Part shown: positions 51,328 to 64,000 of the stretch, in pieces
Numbering within the stretch: position 1 is the stretch's first letter
Layout of the letters: each line of letters opens with the position of its first letter
Assembly (NCBI GenBank): GCA_002189035.1
Contig: NEEC01000009.1
Coordinates: forward strand, 1,550,001-1,614,000
From: Utricularia gibba
Lineage: Eukaryota > Plantae > Magnoliophyta
Direction: 5' to 3'
DNA length: 64,000 nucleotides
Position numbers and translations under genes: made by a program
The notes under the pieces: model-generated
The model's database searches: none
What the model was told of the DNA's origin: nothing
The model's input: the letters and a program-made list of their open reading frames with translations, nothing else

Positions 51328-54300
51328 TTAGGTATGCTTCTTGGCACGGCCATTGGATGGAGCTCCGTCTTCTCTCTTGGCACCGGGTGCATCAGGTTTC
51401 TTCGCCCAGGCCGGAGCTCTCTCAGGCTCATAACGATAATCATAAAACAGCTCTTCTCCGGCACAAATCCTTTCTTTTGCGAATATACCTACCCTGTGGT
51501 CTCCAGCCACCAAAATTACCTGCCAACAGACACTAGTGCAGATTAGGGGCAACAGAAACAAAAGCAGCTGGGAAAAGAGTGAAAAATGAATTCGATAGAT
51601 TTGGATTGTAGTTACCTTGGCATAGCAATTGGGATCGGGGGAATGGTTAGCAAACTTCAGTTTGTCTCCCTTCCGATAAGCATCGAGCACAAACTGGAGA
51701 CCAGTGAAAAATGATTTGCATCAATAGTCTTACTTTCCATGTGATCATCAAATAAGTGTCCTAAGATGACTATGCATTACCTGATCATTCAAATTAAAGA
51801 GAAATGAGGAATTTTCACGATCATATATCTTCCCACGCTTGTCAGCCTCACGGTGAGAAATAAGTTCCCCAGTGTACTCTCCGAGATATTCATGCTTACC
51901 AACACTATTCTGTTGGACAATTATGAAGCAGGCATCAATACACCAAAGACAAAACAATCATGACGAATAATCCTGAGATTTTATAACCTTCAAGAATGCT
52001 CCCCAGCCAGAAACATCAGATCTTCCTAATAAAACCTGAACATCAAAGTCGAGAAGGTTACAATTGGGATTATTCGAGATCTACTAGGATCACGAAAAAT
52101 GTATCCTTGACACGCTAAGACAACCAAAACAAGACCAAAAGCTAGGTATACAATCAATTACCCTTTGTTGTTGCTTAAGAAGAAGCTTCATGTTCCTACA
52201 TTCATAATTATCACCCCTCTGATAAGGCATCCCAAGAGTTCCATCACCACAACTGTCATGCGATCATTGCAAGAGTTCCATCAGTTACCCATAAACAATT
52301 AAAAGATGGAAAAATAACTCCAGAGATAAGTAGAAAATACAACAAAGTTTGTCGGATTTAACTGGAAAAAGAAAATCAACTGTAGGTTGAAATAACAAAG
52401 AATAACAAACAGAATGGAGATGACAGCATAATAAAACTGATACTGTCAATACATCCAAAATCATATGCTGCACATCTTGTGCTTTGGTTGCTGATGAAAA
52501 TAATGCTATTTGAACTGCAACAGATGCCAGAATGAAAAGCTAAAATGATGAAGTCACACCTTATCCAGCAGTTCCGGCAGACATCCGGGTCACATTCCCT
52601 GTCAGCAGCAAAGCATGGACATTGCCGACTTCGACACTGACTTTTGGCACAATGACAACCTCTAAATCGGTTCTTGCAACTCTTTGGACATCTAATATAA
52701 GAATCCATGAACAAAAATATACGTTTATAAGAGAATAAATTTGACCAAGTCAACAGGAATAATGACAGAATATGGAAATATTTGTGAAACTCCAACACGG
52801 TAGGCTTACCCACAATATTTTTCACAGCCTGTACCATTAACAAGGCACGGACAAGTTTTCCCACATGCAGATTGGCATCCACACGGATTGTATTGACGAC
52901 AAGGCTGGTCCTTCCTTTCAGATATACGCTTCCGGAATGATTGGTATCCTGCAGATTTCCAAGTATACTTGAGGCGGCGAACTCTTCCTCTCCTACGTAA
53001 AAATCTGGATCTTCTTCGAGCACCGTTACCCTATGTTTCCATTAGATCAAAATATAATTCTTTTTTGTCCACACACATGCACAATCTGGCTACTAAAGAA
53101 AGACATAAAGAGCTCACCGGTATCTCATTATCATCAGATCTTATACTGCCATCTGCTGTTACAAAAGCACCATCAGAACTTACCTTTCTATCGGAAAGCT
53201 GCATATATTTAAATATATCTGAGCAGCTTTTCAAGCCATTCATAAGGTTCCTTGCAATCAAGCAACTGCACACAAGACATACACAAAAGTCATAAAAAAC
53301 AAAAACGGGGCAGATATTTGAATAATAATTATATGCAGGAAACTGAGGCACTTTCCCACCTGTTGCGGCCAAATATCTGAATACCCTTTTCATAGAGGGC
53401 CTTCTCAAATGGCTTCCAACTTTTGCTATCATTTATTTCCCGTATACATGAGCTATGGTCAACAACAATCTCTTCCTTATTCCAGGTGTTACTAGCACTA
53501 GTAATTGGTAGGCTAGACTCACTGTCATTTGATGCACCGCTTGCAGCATCTCTGGGAGAAAAAATGTCAAACTTCCTATCTGGGGACTCTTTCTTTCTCC
53601 ACTTCCTCAAAGAAGTGCATGCCATATTATTTGTGGAACCATTTTCTGTTTCTTGGCGTGAATTATTCAGTGGATTTCTCAAATTGGAACCCCCACCAGC
53701 ATCAGAACCCGAGTCACATGATATGGCCTTCTTCTTCTTTTTCTTTTTAGAAACTAAAATATTTTCAGCAATTCTCTTGCTACTCCTCTTGTCACCATTG
53801 GATTTTTCGGCAGCAATTTTCATGGGAGAAACCTCATTAACAGTCCGCACCTCTGAAGACGAAGCACTTTCATCACTTCTTAAGGATTTTGTGTTCTTCC
53901 TGACAGCCTTGGTTCCATGACGTTTCTTGTGAACTTGTGGAGCAGTAAAATCACACACATGGGCCCCTTTTTTTTCAGACACTCGCTTCAAGGATGCCAC
54001 GACTGCATCACCCTCTAACTTGTGCACCTGAAATTGTAAAAACATAATTTATACAAAACCTAGTAATTCCTATTTTCAGCAGGTCTACATTTGGTAGTAG
54101 TGTGGAAACATGATGGAGAAAAATAAAGGACATAAGCTGAAAGGTTCAGTTTAAGACACAAACCATCCGGTGGCAGTATGGTCCACATGGTTCCTTTTCC
54201 ACATCAAGACATGACGAAAGCAACTGTTTCTCTGCCTAAGAGGAAAAACACGAGTCGTGAGGGATCCACTTCAGAACAACAAGCATCCACCTCAAGAAAT

Positions 54301-56653
54301 AGACATCTTACAGGAAAGATGAGGTCCTGTGAACACCCATGAAGTCGACAGTCAAAAACCTGCCAACATAAGGAGAGACTAAATACGAAGGCAGAAAGAC
54401 GTCTATCTTATCAATAGAGCAATTTCATAAGGAAATAGCCACCAAAACAAAGTTTATATCATTTAAAATAAACATGGTACGCAAGTTTGAATTCTTACAA
54501 GACATCGGCGGCAAAAGAGATTGTCAAATGAATCCAAAGCAGCATCAAGATCTTTATCTATATATGGATTCACAAAGCCTTCAGAGTTCTCGCTTTTTGG
54601 TTCACATAGTCCATGAGTACTAATGATATCTTCATGCCTTACCTGCAAGAGATTCAAAAGCGGGTTGGTATGGACAAAGATTTCAGGATTCTCTTTTTGC
54701 CTTGGCAGAATATAATGAAGCACCATTGCAAACTTCAAGGTCATTGAAGAACAAACAAGTACGAAATATCAAGGCACCGGTAATACCAATACAACTTTAG
54801 CATACCCTGATTTCATCAGATGTTCTGGATAAGCATTGTGCCAACAAATCCAGCGTTGTATCAGATACACCCAACTCCATTATTGTCATTCTGGAACAAG
54901 GAAAACCAAAAGGAGCAATCAGCAATCAGAAGTACCTTGAAATAAAGCACCACAGAATCCCAAAGAATAACTTCAAGAGAAATGGTTGAATGAGAGCCAT
55001 ACGAAGAGTCCAAACTCTCCATATACCAACCGCAGAATATAATCCTCTGATTCAGCAAACTCTTTCTTTTCCTCTTCATCATCAACGTTTTCCTCTTCAC
55101 TATCACTACAGATAAGAGCTTCACCACCAGTTTGGTCATAATAAATTCTCCTTCTGCCAACTACTGACTGATCCTCCGTCATTCTCTGATTTCTACAAAG
55201 CAGCAAAGGGCAGGTTTGTGAGTTTAAAAACAAACACTGATAGGATAGGAGTGAAAGCATGAAACAAAGCATTCGAGATTATCACATTACAGAAAATCAC
55301 ATCAAACTAAGATTAGGATGCCATACATAAGCCAAAAACAAATCAAACACAGACATCAGTTAATAATTTTTTACTTCTGATGACTAAGACTAGTTGAAAA
55401 ACCGAGGCAAAGATCATCTGATTATGGCAACGATAAAGATTTGGATATCAAAACATCATCAGTGTATCAGTTATAACATTTTACTGCAGACATGAGCATT
55501 AACATGCTTTAAAGATCCCAGGGGAATTAGTTTTAAAAACTTTTGAACTGTTGGGAAAAGCTTAAAAAGTTCATTATGTAAGTAGAGAAGAATAAATGAT
55601 AAGCTTAAAAGGCACCAAAAAGTTCTTATAAATAAATTTTCTTAAAGCACCGAAAAATCTTGACTGACTTATCCAAAAAGACCCATGTAGTGTACGGTGG
55701 CAATTTTTCCACTTTTGGGAGCTTTATAGGGCGTACAGCATTCTTGACAGCAATGCTTGATCCTAAAAGAATAGCAGAAGGAGCATATCCATCTTCTTGT
55801 GAGCTGCTGCTTTCATTATCTCCATCATGGTTGGCGTCAATGCCATTATGCATGTCAATTGCATCTTTTTGCCTCTTTGCCAGTAAATCAATTACTTTGT
55901 CAGCAGAAGCGTTTCTAAAATGCCTCCTTTCCATTGAGAGCTTATAAAGATTTTTAGTGACATCTAATACTTTATCAGTGTTTTCTTGAATCCGCTTCTG
56001 CAGATCAAATACAGAAGAAGATTATAAATTTCCCATTAGTATTCTGAAAAACATACATATTTATCGATGTATACATGCATTAAACAACCTGAATGTAGAC
56101 AAGGCGGTCAGAAGCAACTTGCTGCTTTAAAGAATCAATCACTGCCAAGACTTGTTTTGCTGATGAACTTGGTTCTGCCTTCCCAATCGCCTGATGTAAC
56201 ATATTCAAGATTCTCTTTGTGAATTAGTATTTTAAGCAAAAACTAATGCTTCAGTACTGGCAAACACAAAAAGCGATAATACTCATTGACCAATCAAAAT
56301 TAAAACTACACGTGGCGGCCATCCGCTCTATATCCTGGTAAAAGTGTAATGGACAGAAGAACCTAAGTTTAATGCAAGACAACGAACTCCAACAACCTAC
56401 GCCTTAGGACTGCATAAAAACTCAATGCACCTTCGCGTCCGATCTACAAATCCTTCGTTAGTGCGATCTAAATTTTCTTACAAAAAATTGCAATGACAGA
56501 AACCACGCTTGCACCAGGAATAACCAACAGACGCATACAACATCCACCAATAAAAAAAAGTGCAATCATTGCGGATGAAAATAACGAGGTGAAGTGGAAA
56601 AATACAGAAAGCTCGTATCCGGAGGCGTCGGAGGATGTTTTGAGCGCCGACAT
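51328..56653 (-). CDS. CLF: Histone H3K27 methyltransferase CURLY LEAF (E(z) family, PRC2)
   Basis: [11 protein letters not shown]|[49 protein letters not shown]|[16 protein letters not shown] domain ([26 protein letters not shown]), SET domain ([33 protein letters not shown]), CLF-type tail AWAKKP...GRAKKHT*. Exon 1 56653-56606. Confidence 0.96.
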
Positions 56654-57472
56654 TGCCGAGGAAGGGCTGTGGATACGGCGCAATGGAGGTGCGATTGCAG
56701 ATCCGATTCATGCAAATGCAGATTCGTAATCTCGGAAATGGCGGTATGATTTCGAAAACCCTAACGATCGAAGCCGTGCGTCGGGGGCAGACTTCCTCGG
56801 CTTTTTTCTTTTTCTTTTTCTATTAGTCTCGATTCCGAACGCTCCCTTATAGCAATCGTTCTGGTAGGTCATCCATCTATGGTTATCCGCGTGTCGCAGA
56901 AATAATTCATACAAGCCATAAAAAACGCGCCATACTTTTCTCAATTGTTACACCCACGGACAGCCCCAACGAGCCTTGCGACCATTAAATGCCTCATTTT
57001 CAAAGATCCGGACGGTCGACGGCGGCTGCCACCGCAGATTTAGTTTCAAGTTTGGCGTTTGGTATTCGTAATCTCGAGTTCAAATCCTGGAAAAAATGTA
57101 GATTCCAATTTCATATGAAGCCGCCGACGTGGCTTCTGTGGATGGACCATGGGTTGATGGATGCCCTGAATGCTACGAAGAAGCGGGGCTTCATCAAATA
57201 GCATCATTCATTCATATTTTACAGAGAGCATTGGCTTCAAGTGGGAAGGAATAATGGTTGGTGAAAAAGTGGGCAGCAAACTGGAAAGATTTTACACTTT
57301 TCATGTATGCATCGCATATACACCTCCTCACATTCAGGGAACCCAGATAATGTGGCTTTCCCCACGATTAACTGTTGGGTTAGCTGTAGAGAATCTGATT
57401 CGAAAATACATCAGCAAAGAGAATAAGCATGGCTTTTTACCATCATAGTCTGAGCCTGAGGATGAGGAAGCT

Positions 57473-60111
57473 TCACCGCGACTTCTTACTGCGTTGTCCC
57501 ATTCTAGATCTTGCGTATCTTGTTAACAAAGTGGTCAAGGAAGTCGTGTGGATGAATAATGAAGGTGATAGTGATGATAGAGAAAGGATAAAAGCCATCA
57601 TCGTAGGTAGGTATACAAAGGATACTCAAGCCGCATTGCTTCACCAGATGAGTAGAGAATCGTCCCCTGTAGATGGCCAAGGGCCTCAGTTGAACAGGCA
57701 GTGTCCTGCATACGTATGACGGCCATCAGTAAAGATCACATTGGCAATATCAAAACCAAAACTTGTAAGAAGATGAATATGCCTTGAAGTCAACAAATGC
57801 AACTGGGGCTCCGTAGGTGCTCTGCATTTTCAGCTTCAAAAACCCACGACATCTACACAATAAAAAAGTGCATGGCAATGATGAAACATCCAAACATGTG
57901 TTATATGAATAAGATGTTAGAGGCAAAAGTTTTTGACCTTGAGAATAACATCGTTAGTTCTTCTTCTGAACAGGTTGGACTGAGATTCGCGACAAAGAGT
58001 GTTGGACATGGAGTGTTATTCTGGAAAGTTGGCAGCCAAAAGAGTTGATTCAAGAAGAAAGCAGACAAGATCGAGCAGAAACTATGACCTTCAGTTAACA
58101 CTCACTGAATAAGAAATGAGAGATAGAAATGTTAAGTTAAGACAACAAACTGAAAAATTTCTTCTTCTTAGGAAGCCAATCCGTTAACATATTTCAGATC
58201 AGTTCACTAAAAAAATTAATGAAAGGAGCACATGGAACGTAGGCTAGAATGGCCGTACCAACCAAACATAAAAATTTGAGTAAACAGGGTAAAACTGCAT
58301 AAGTGGAACTGAGGTAAAGGTGATAAAGCAGTAGCCTGTTACCGATTTTGAACTCATCACACTAATAGGGGCATCATCAGCAATCCTAGAGCTGTAGAAA
58401 GAGGGGAGGGTTCAGATTAGAATATAAATCTTTCATGGGGTCATCAGACAGTGTTTTAGAGTGAGTTCCAAGTACAGGCAATGTTGCATGTGCTTCCACT
58501 TTCTCTGGGGTATTAGTGTAAAGCACTTATCTGATTCAAATACGCTAAATTGAATTCAAAATAACTGCCTGCTTCAAATAAACGTGTGCAAGTAGTGCAA
58601 ATGACCTTTGTGCAGAAGGATAACCAATTGTGTTGTAAGCAGAACTACCCACTCCAGTGATGTGAAAACTGCCAGCGGCTGCTAGTGCCCACGCATGCAA
58701 ACATGTGTAAAGTAAGCTCTTAGAATAATGTGTCCTCCATGTGACTAACTAGCTAGGACTTCGGAGATCAACATGTGATGGCCGAAACTCATAAAGAGGA
58801 AAAATAATATATAAATGTCGAATAAGGAGAGCACACACGCTGAATATCTGAACTAGAAAATATGACTAACCAGAGTCAAAGCTCGGTGAGAAAGAAACAG
58901 GACCTCTTGTTTTCTTTTCTGAGCCTTGCCTATCCTCATCTGATATGAAAAGTTACAGCTTATGAAGAAAGGCTATACAGTGGAGCGGGTGGATGAATCA
59001 CAACATCATATACCTGTTCTTTGTCGCTTTGATCTGGAATTGGATTTTGCAAGATCGATATACAAAGTAGAACCCTTTTCAAGGTCAAATACAAGCCCCT
59101 GTATCAAAAAATTCATGGCATCATAGATCAACTTCACAGACAAATTCTGAAGAAGCAATTGAAACTAGCACGTCCTAAACCACAATATCCAGATTGAGAA
59201 AATTCCAAGTCACGAGTGACTCGTAAAGATGTTCAAAAGCCATTCATCTCGGAAAGGGGAAATGGTCCTTCAACCATTATTTTATAACCAGAAACAGGGA
59301 TCCAAAAAATAAGAAATTCCATCTATATATTTGCAGAGAAGAGTGTGAAAAAATATCTAAAGAATTATAAACGTGGAGAACACGATGCGGGAGTGGTAGA
59401 GAATCTTACATTCAAAGCATGCATCGCCAGTACTGCAGACTGTTGATCCACAAAAGTTGCAAAAGCAAATGGCTGAAAGCCATAAACCACATCCAAACAT
59501 TTCAGTTGAACTTCAATTAATAAATAATACAACGAAAAATTGATTGAGCATAACTCCAGAAGAATAAAATTTAACATTGCATCACTTTCTGCAACCTGTA
59601 GAACTATGTTGTAGCCAGAGGAACCATACTTCATTTAATGTCCAATTTTTATCCAATACAAGGAGAATCTAACTGATACTAAAAAAAAGAGAAATATCAT
59701 AATTCCTATCACGAGCATGCGCAAACGAAATCCCCAAACCTGACGAGCAGAACCCTAATCCAGATAATTACGATGAAAACAAATGAAATCCGAGACCTGG
59801 CAGTTAGATGAAGTAGGTGGACGGAGATTGGACAACTGATACCCAGGGAATTCACGGAAAAGATTGTAAATTTCCCTAGGCTTTACATCCTCGGGAAGCC
59901 CCGCGATAAATAGAGTTCGGACTAGATCCTGGGGAGAATATGAAAGTACTTGTGGAGAATACGCCAAAATCTGGGGTTGGATGTGAATCGATTGAACCAC
60001 CGACCCCGCAGACGGTTGCACCGTTCCGGGAGGCGGAGGCTGCGACGGCGCAGTAGGCTCATAATAAGGATGATGTATGGGAGCGGCAAAGTATGCCGTT
60101 AGATCGTCCAT
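57473..60111 (-). CDS. Two-RRM RNA-binding protein (At2g42240-like, RBPMS/scw1 type)
   Basis: [57 protein letters not shown], second [12 protein letters not shown]...[10 protein letters not shown]|DTACSTEAL...MRLE|YARSRMG. Ten exons traced. Confidence 0.92.
57519..57625 (-). other. U12-type (minor spliceosome) GT-AG intron
   Basis: 5' splice site GTATCCTTT (57625-57617); branch site TTCCTTGAC (57542-57534) 15 nt from the AG. Splicing joins MRL-E-YARS in frame. Confidence 0.9.
57706..57782 (-). other. Probable GC-AG intron in the RRM gene (donor AAG|GCATAT)
   Basis: Restores AFVDFK|DTAC. The alternative in-frame GT 12 nt upstream would delete conserved RNP1-region residues. Confidence 0.7.
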
Positions 60112-60511
60112 GGCTTCGCTCCGCTCGGCCGACTACGAATCCGATCAATTTCCCGGCGTCATCGTGCCACCATATTCGTACTCATCAGCCCAGAGACCCA
60201 ATCCGGTAAAAAAAATACGAGAGGCCCGGCTACGCCTACAAATTTGATGGCCCAAATCTTAATACCCCCATAAGGCCCAAAGAAAAAAACAATTGATGCA
60301 TCATACAAAAAAGCTCTTTAACGACGCATGCAGAAAGGTTTTCTTTGTCCCCGTAGTCATCACAAATTTATATAAGTCGGGGGCAAGTGCAGGAAGGTAA
60401 CACATCATCTTAAGTGGGAGAACTATACTTTGGGTATACAAGAAATGCAGAATAAATTCAAAAGCCAACAAATGATGGTAGTGATCCCATGACAGGATGG
60501 GCATTCTCCAA

Positions 60512-61758
60512 TCACACCATGGGTGGATACTGCTTTGCCTGGCTGCGCACCCTCCTCCTGTACTCAACTTGATCCTGCACCATCCAACAACCATCGTCCT
60601 TACACTCAAGTTGCTTAAGTAAAACCAAACCATCAACTACTATTAACCTGGATGAAGAGATGGTATCCTTCGGTTTGCGCAGGATCACCGGGATTGGGCT
60701 GATCCAACAGGTCTTGTATCCCCACCAAGATCTGCTTCACTGAGATTGCAGGGCGCCATCCCTACACAGGAGAGTGCAGCCACTGGATATCGCACGTGTG
60801 TTGTCAGCAATAAAAGGAAAAGGAAAATGGGCTTACATTATCCTCGTTGAGGATGGAGAGGCACACGGTCCCTGATGGGTATACGTTTGGATGGAAAAAA
60901 CCCGGGGGGAATTTGCACTTGGGAGGTTTACTTGGGTAGTCTTCGGTGAACTGCAACGTCAAGGGATAGAAGCCGCCCTCCCAATCCGTCTGCCAAGGAA
61001 GGAAATTGTGAGACGAAGTCAATTGGTTTTGGACCCTTGTGATATTATGTGTGGAAAAATGACTCTCTTTTTCTAATAAAACAAAGTATGAACTGACAAC
61101 TGACAGGATGCTTCCCCTTTCCGTTTTAAATCAAAGCAATTATTGGGTCAATCTGACAGCATGACCCCCCCCCCCCCTTTTTACTCCCGGTTAACAGGCA
61201 TTTATCAGTTTCCCTGACGACTCTTGTTTGTGCACACACAAGTGGATCAAGAATCAGCCATTGAAAAAAAGGTTGATCAAGAACCAATCAGCAAAACCCA
61301 AAAGAAAGATATGAATCTAGTGCAGGTTTTCATTCTCAAATGATTTCTGTATATCAGAAATTTAGTATGATCATTCAACGTGTATGCATCTTTCTTTGCT
61401 TGGGGTGTTGTGCGCTAGTTCTTTGGAGTGAAGAGCATGATTGAAGGAGGCAAAATAGGGAGGGGGTTTGATACAATACAATACACACAGAGTACGTACC
61501 CCTGTTTTGCCAGGAATGATGCAGTGCCAAAGCATCAAGTTGACCGTACCATCATGCGACGTCTCCGGCTTGGCGACGAAACCCTGCTCAACAAAGTCAA
61601 AGAAATAACTACAAACCCTAGAACGAAATACGGATCGCATCAGATAGATGTCCAAAGAAGTCGAATCAGAGCGCAAGTAGAGTCGGTACATGGGGATGGT
61701 TCTTCCTCCACGATTTACGCTCCTCCGTCAAACGCCCCCGGGCAATTCCGCCGGACAT
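60512..61758 (-). CDS. SCE1: SUMO-conjugating enzyme SCE1/UBC9
   Basis: [23 protein letters not shown]|GFVAKPE...IPGKTG|TDWEGG...[16 protein letters not shown]|[19 protein letters not shown]|DQVEYRRRV...YPPMV*; five exons. Confidence 0.97.
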
Positions 61759-62306
61759 CGCCTCAATTCGTCTTCACACAGCACGGCACAATTCCTCCTC
61801 GCCGTGCCCTTCCTTATAAGCGAATTGGACGGTCGAGATTCCATCTGACGGGACAAAAATTAAGAGTAAAAAGACAAGCAGCGCGAGCGACCGAAGATAT
61901 TATTGTTTTTTAGGGACTGCATGACTTTATCAAAAGAAAAAGGAAAACTGATCATATCCACACCCAGAAAAGTCAAATTCCCTTCCATGGAGGCCGTGTC
62001 AAGTACGCAACTGCCGCCTTCCAACTGGACACCAAGCGACACGGATCCGTCGTCCCTTTTGCTCCACTATTGCAGTTCTCCGACAAAAAAAGGAGCTCAG
62101 GCGTGTTCATGGCTAATGTCGCCGGCGTTGGAGGGAAACCCACATTTTGCGCCCCTCGGAACTCGAACCAGGAGGGGCTCTGGAGAGACCGGAGTTTTAA
62201 TGTAATTTCAAGTAAAATAGCCATTAAGTTTAATGGATAGGAGCTGGGGGGTTGCTGTTGTGTAGTGCGGTCCTTCATAGGCTATTTGAAAGGGAAAATT
62301 CCATTT

Positions 62307-64000
62307 CTAGGAGTCACTGGAACCAACGCCTACAATTTCCTTGACATTGTTGATCATTTTCAGCACCTGCCACATCGTTGGCCGCTGCTCAGGAGATGTG
62401 ATGCTGCAGAAGCTAGCGACCTCAACCAGCATCCTAAGCCTCATGTCATCCTCTCCCTCGTTGTCTCGCATTGCCCGAACCCAGTCGGGCAAGTCCGGTG
62501 GTGCTAGAAGCGGGTGCTGGGATGGATGCTTCCCTGAGAGGAGCTCCAGAAGTAGGACCCCAAAAGCATATACATCAGACTTCGGAGTAGAAAAATGGGC
62601 AGATTTTCGAGTTTCGGGTGCTCGATAGTTGTCTGACTCTTGATCGTTATCCAAGGAAGTGTAGACGATAGGAGAAAGGCAGTAGTCAGCCAAGCAGGCC
62701 TCGAAATCGGACCCCAGAAGAACATTGGAGGACTTGAGGTTGCCATGGATGAACCTTGATGCTTGATGGATGTAAGCCAGGCCTTTTGCCACATCCTCTG
62801 CAATTTTGAGGCAGGATGTCCAGTGTAGAGGCTTTCCCTTGGTCGATCTCGAACCTGCAACACCAAACAGTAGACAACGAAATGTTAGCTACAAACTACC
62901 CCCTCTCCACTCACTAGGTGAGACAATAGTGTAGTTACACATGTAAATGACATGCAATTTTCAACAAAATCTCGCATGGTTCCAAGACTGAATCAGGACA
63001 TACAATATTTCAGAGTAACATGATCAATTGGAATGTTAAACATACAGTGCAGAGCCTGTAAAATCTCCCCACCTTTGCTGTTCAACGTAAGGATGCATAT
63101 AACTATACTAACTACACAGGGTGCTTCTCAGAAAGCAGAAAAAGAGTTACCATGAATCAGATTGAACAAGCTTCCATTGGGTTGGTAATCATAGATTATC
63201 AATCTTTCTTGTTTGGCTCGAAAATAAGCTCTGATAGGAACCAAATTTGGATGTCTGAGAACTCCAACGGATTCCATGTGTTGCTCAAATGCTTCCTCAC
63301 TGATAATCGCGGTTTTTCTTGAATCCAATCTCTTCAGAGATACCGCGAATTGGTTTGCCATCACAGCTTTATATGTCGTACCAATGGTGCCTCTTCCTAA
63401 AAGCTCAGCTGAGGCCTTCATCAGTTGATCCAAAGTGTATTGTTCTTCCTCCACTGAAAAGAATTTCAAATTCCCTCCTGCAAATCGGTTGCCGACGTTT
63501 TTTCTGACTCCGGAGGTGTTTTCAGGTTGGATTGAGAAGAATGATGTCGTTTCACTCGAAGCTTTTAGATCCGCAGTTCTTTCTTCTGCCTTGAATTGAA
63601 TCTGCAACGTCTCTTCACTTTCCTCTTCTCTCCTTCTGTTTTTGAAAAGTGCAAATACACTCACCAATACAGCAATGAGAATCAGAGTTCCTGTAAACAA
63701 GCCAAGAATCAGCCCCAATTTAACACGACGCTTTCTTTTATCTGGAGTAGACGTCCCAGATGATTGTGCGTTTTGCAAAAGGGGTGATGGAGAAGGCAAT
63801 GGGACAGCGGCGGCGGAGGAGGAAGATGTGTTGAAAAAATCTGAATGCCGACAAGGAACATTGACGACTTCCCCACACAAGTTAGGATTATGCAGAAACG
63901 AAAATATGGTGAGTTTCTTCAAGGTTGGGGTCAAAGGAATTTGACCAGAAAGATTGTTATGCGAAACATTGAACACCGTCAAATTCGTCTGATTCAACGG
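62307..64000 (-). CDS. LRR-III receptor-like (pseudo)kinase (At5g67200/At3g50230-like), 5' part beyond the window edge
   Basis: Last [25 protein letters not shown] cap, TM helix, [77 protein letters not shown]. Intron 63150-62855. Confidence 0.92.

Noticed and set aside
52813-52836. CLF CXC 'NGTGCEKYC' instead of the plant 'NGTCCEKYC'
   Set aside because: From memory this position is Phe in human EZH2 (NFCEKFC), so it is not a zinc ligand. The change is probably neutral.
1-64000. CRISPR arrays, rRNA, intact transposase or retrotransposon ORFs, and horizontally acquired bacterial genes
   Set aside because: None seen; all long ORFs belong to spliced plant genes.

Overview
Gene-dense plant (eudicot-type) nuclear genomic DNA with short introns (mostly ~75-130 nt). 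I can support 15 protein-coding genes, about 1 per 4.3 kb: 4CL-like acyl-CoA ligase (partial), DUF1635 protein, BAT2/PRRC2-like giant protein, HsfB1 with its conserved-peptide uORF, At3g50340/At5g67020-like protein, remorin, DAD1-like phospholipase A1, RALF34, DNA polymerase alpha catalytic subunit, NAPRT, GPI-type PI-PLC-X protein, CURLY LEAF, a two-RRM protein, SCE1 (SUMO E2) and an LRR-III receptor-like pseudokinase (partial). No rRNA, tRNA, CRISPR or intact transposon was found. About ten single-base losses in homopolymer runs break otherwise intact genes and look like long-read consensus errors, not pseudogenes. The strongest leads are: (i) a Pol alpha with intact catalytic motifs but clustered substitutions in the near-invariant post-motif-B segment ([15 protein letters not shown]...GRESL versus recalled GCLG-F/YxxSRFYAKPL...GREIL), plus a ~40-codon insertion and two identical GC-AG donors; (ii) a ~385-bp-arm inverted repeat enclosing a ~480-bp core in an 8.5-kb gene-free interval; (iii) the HsfB1 CPuORF missed by the ORF track; (iv) a U12-type intron next to a GC-AG intron; (v) an intergenic H-type pseudoknot-like element. 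All homologue comparisons are from memory, not database searches, and need verification. The compactness recalls Lentibulariaceae-type genomes, but the species cannot be established from this window.
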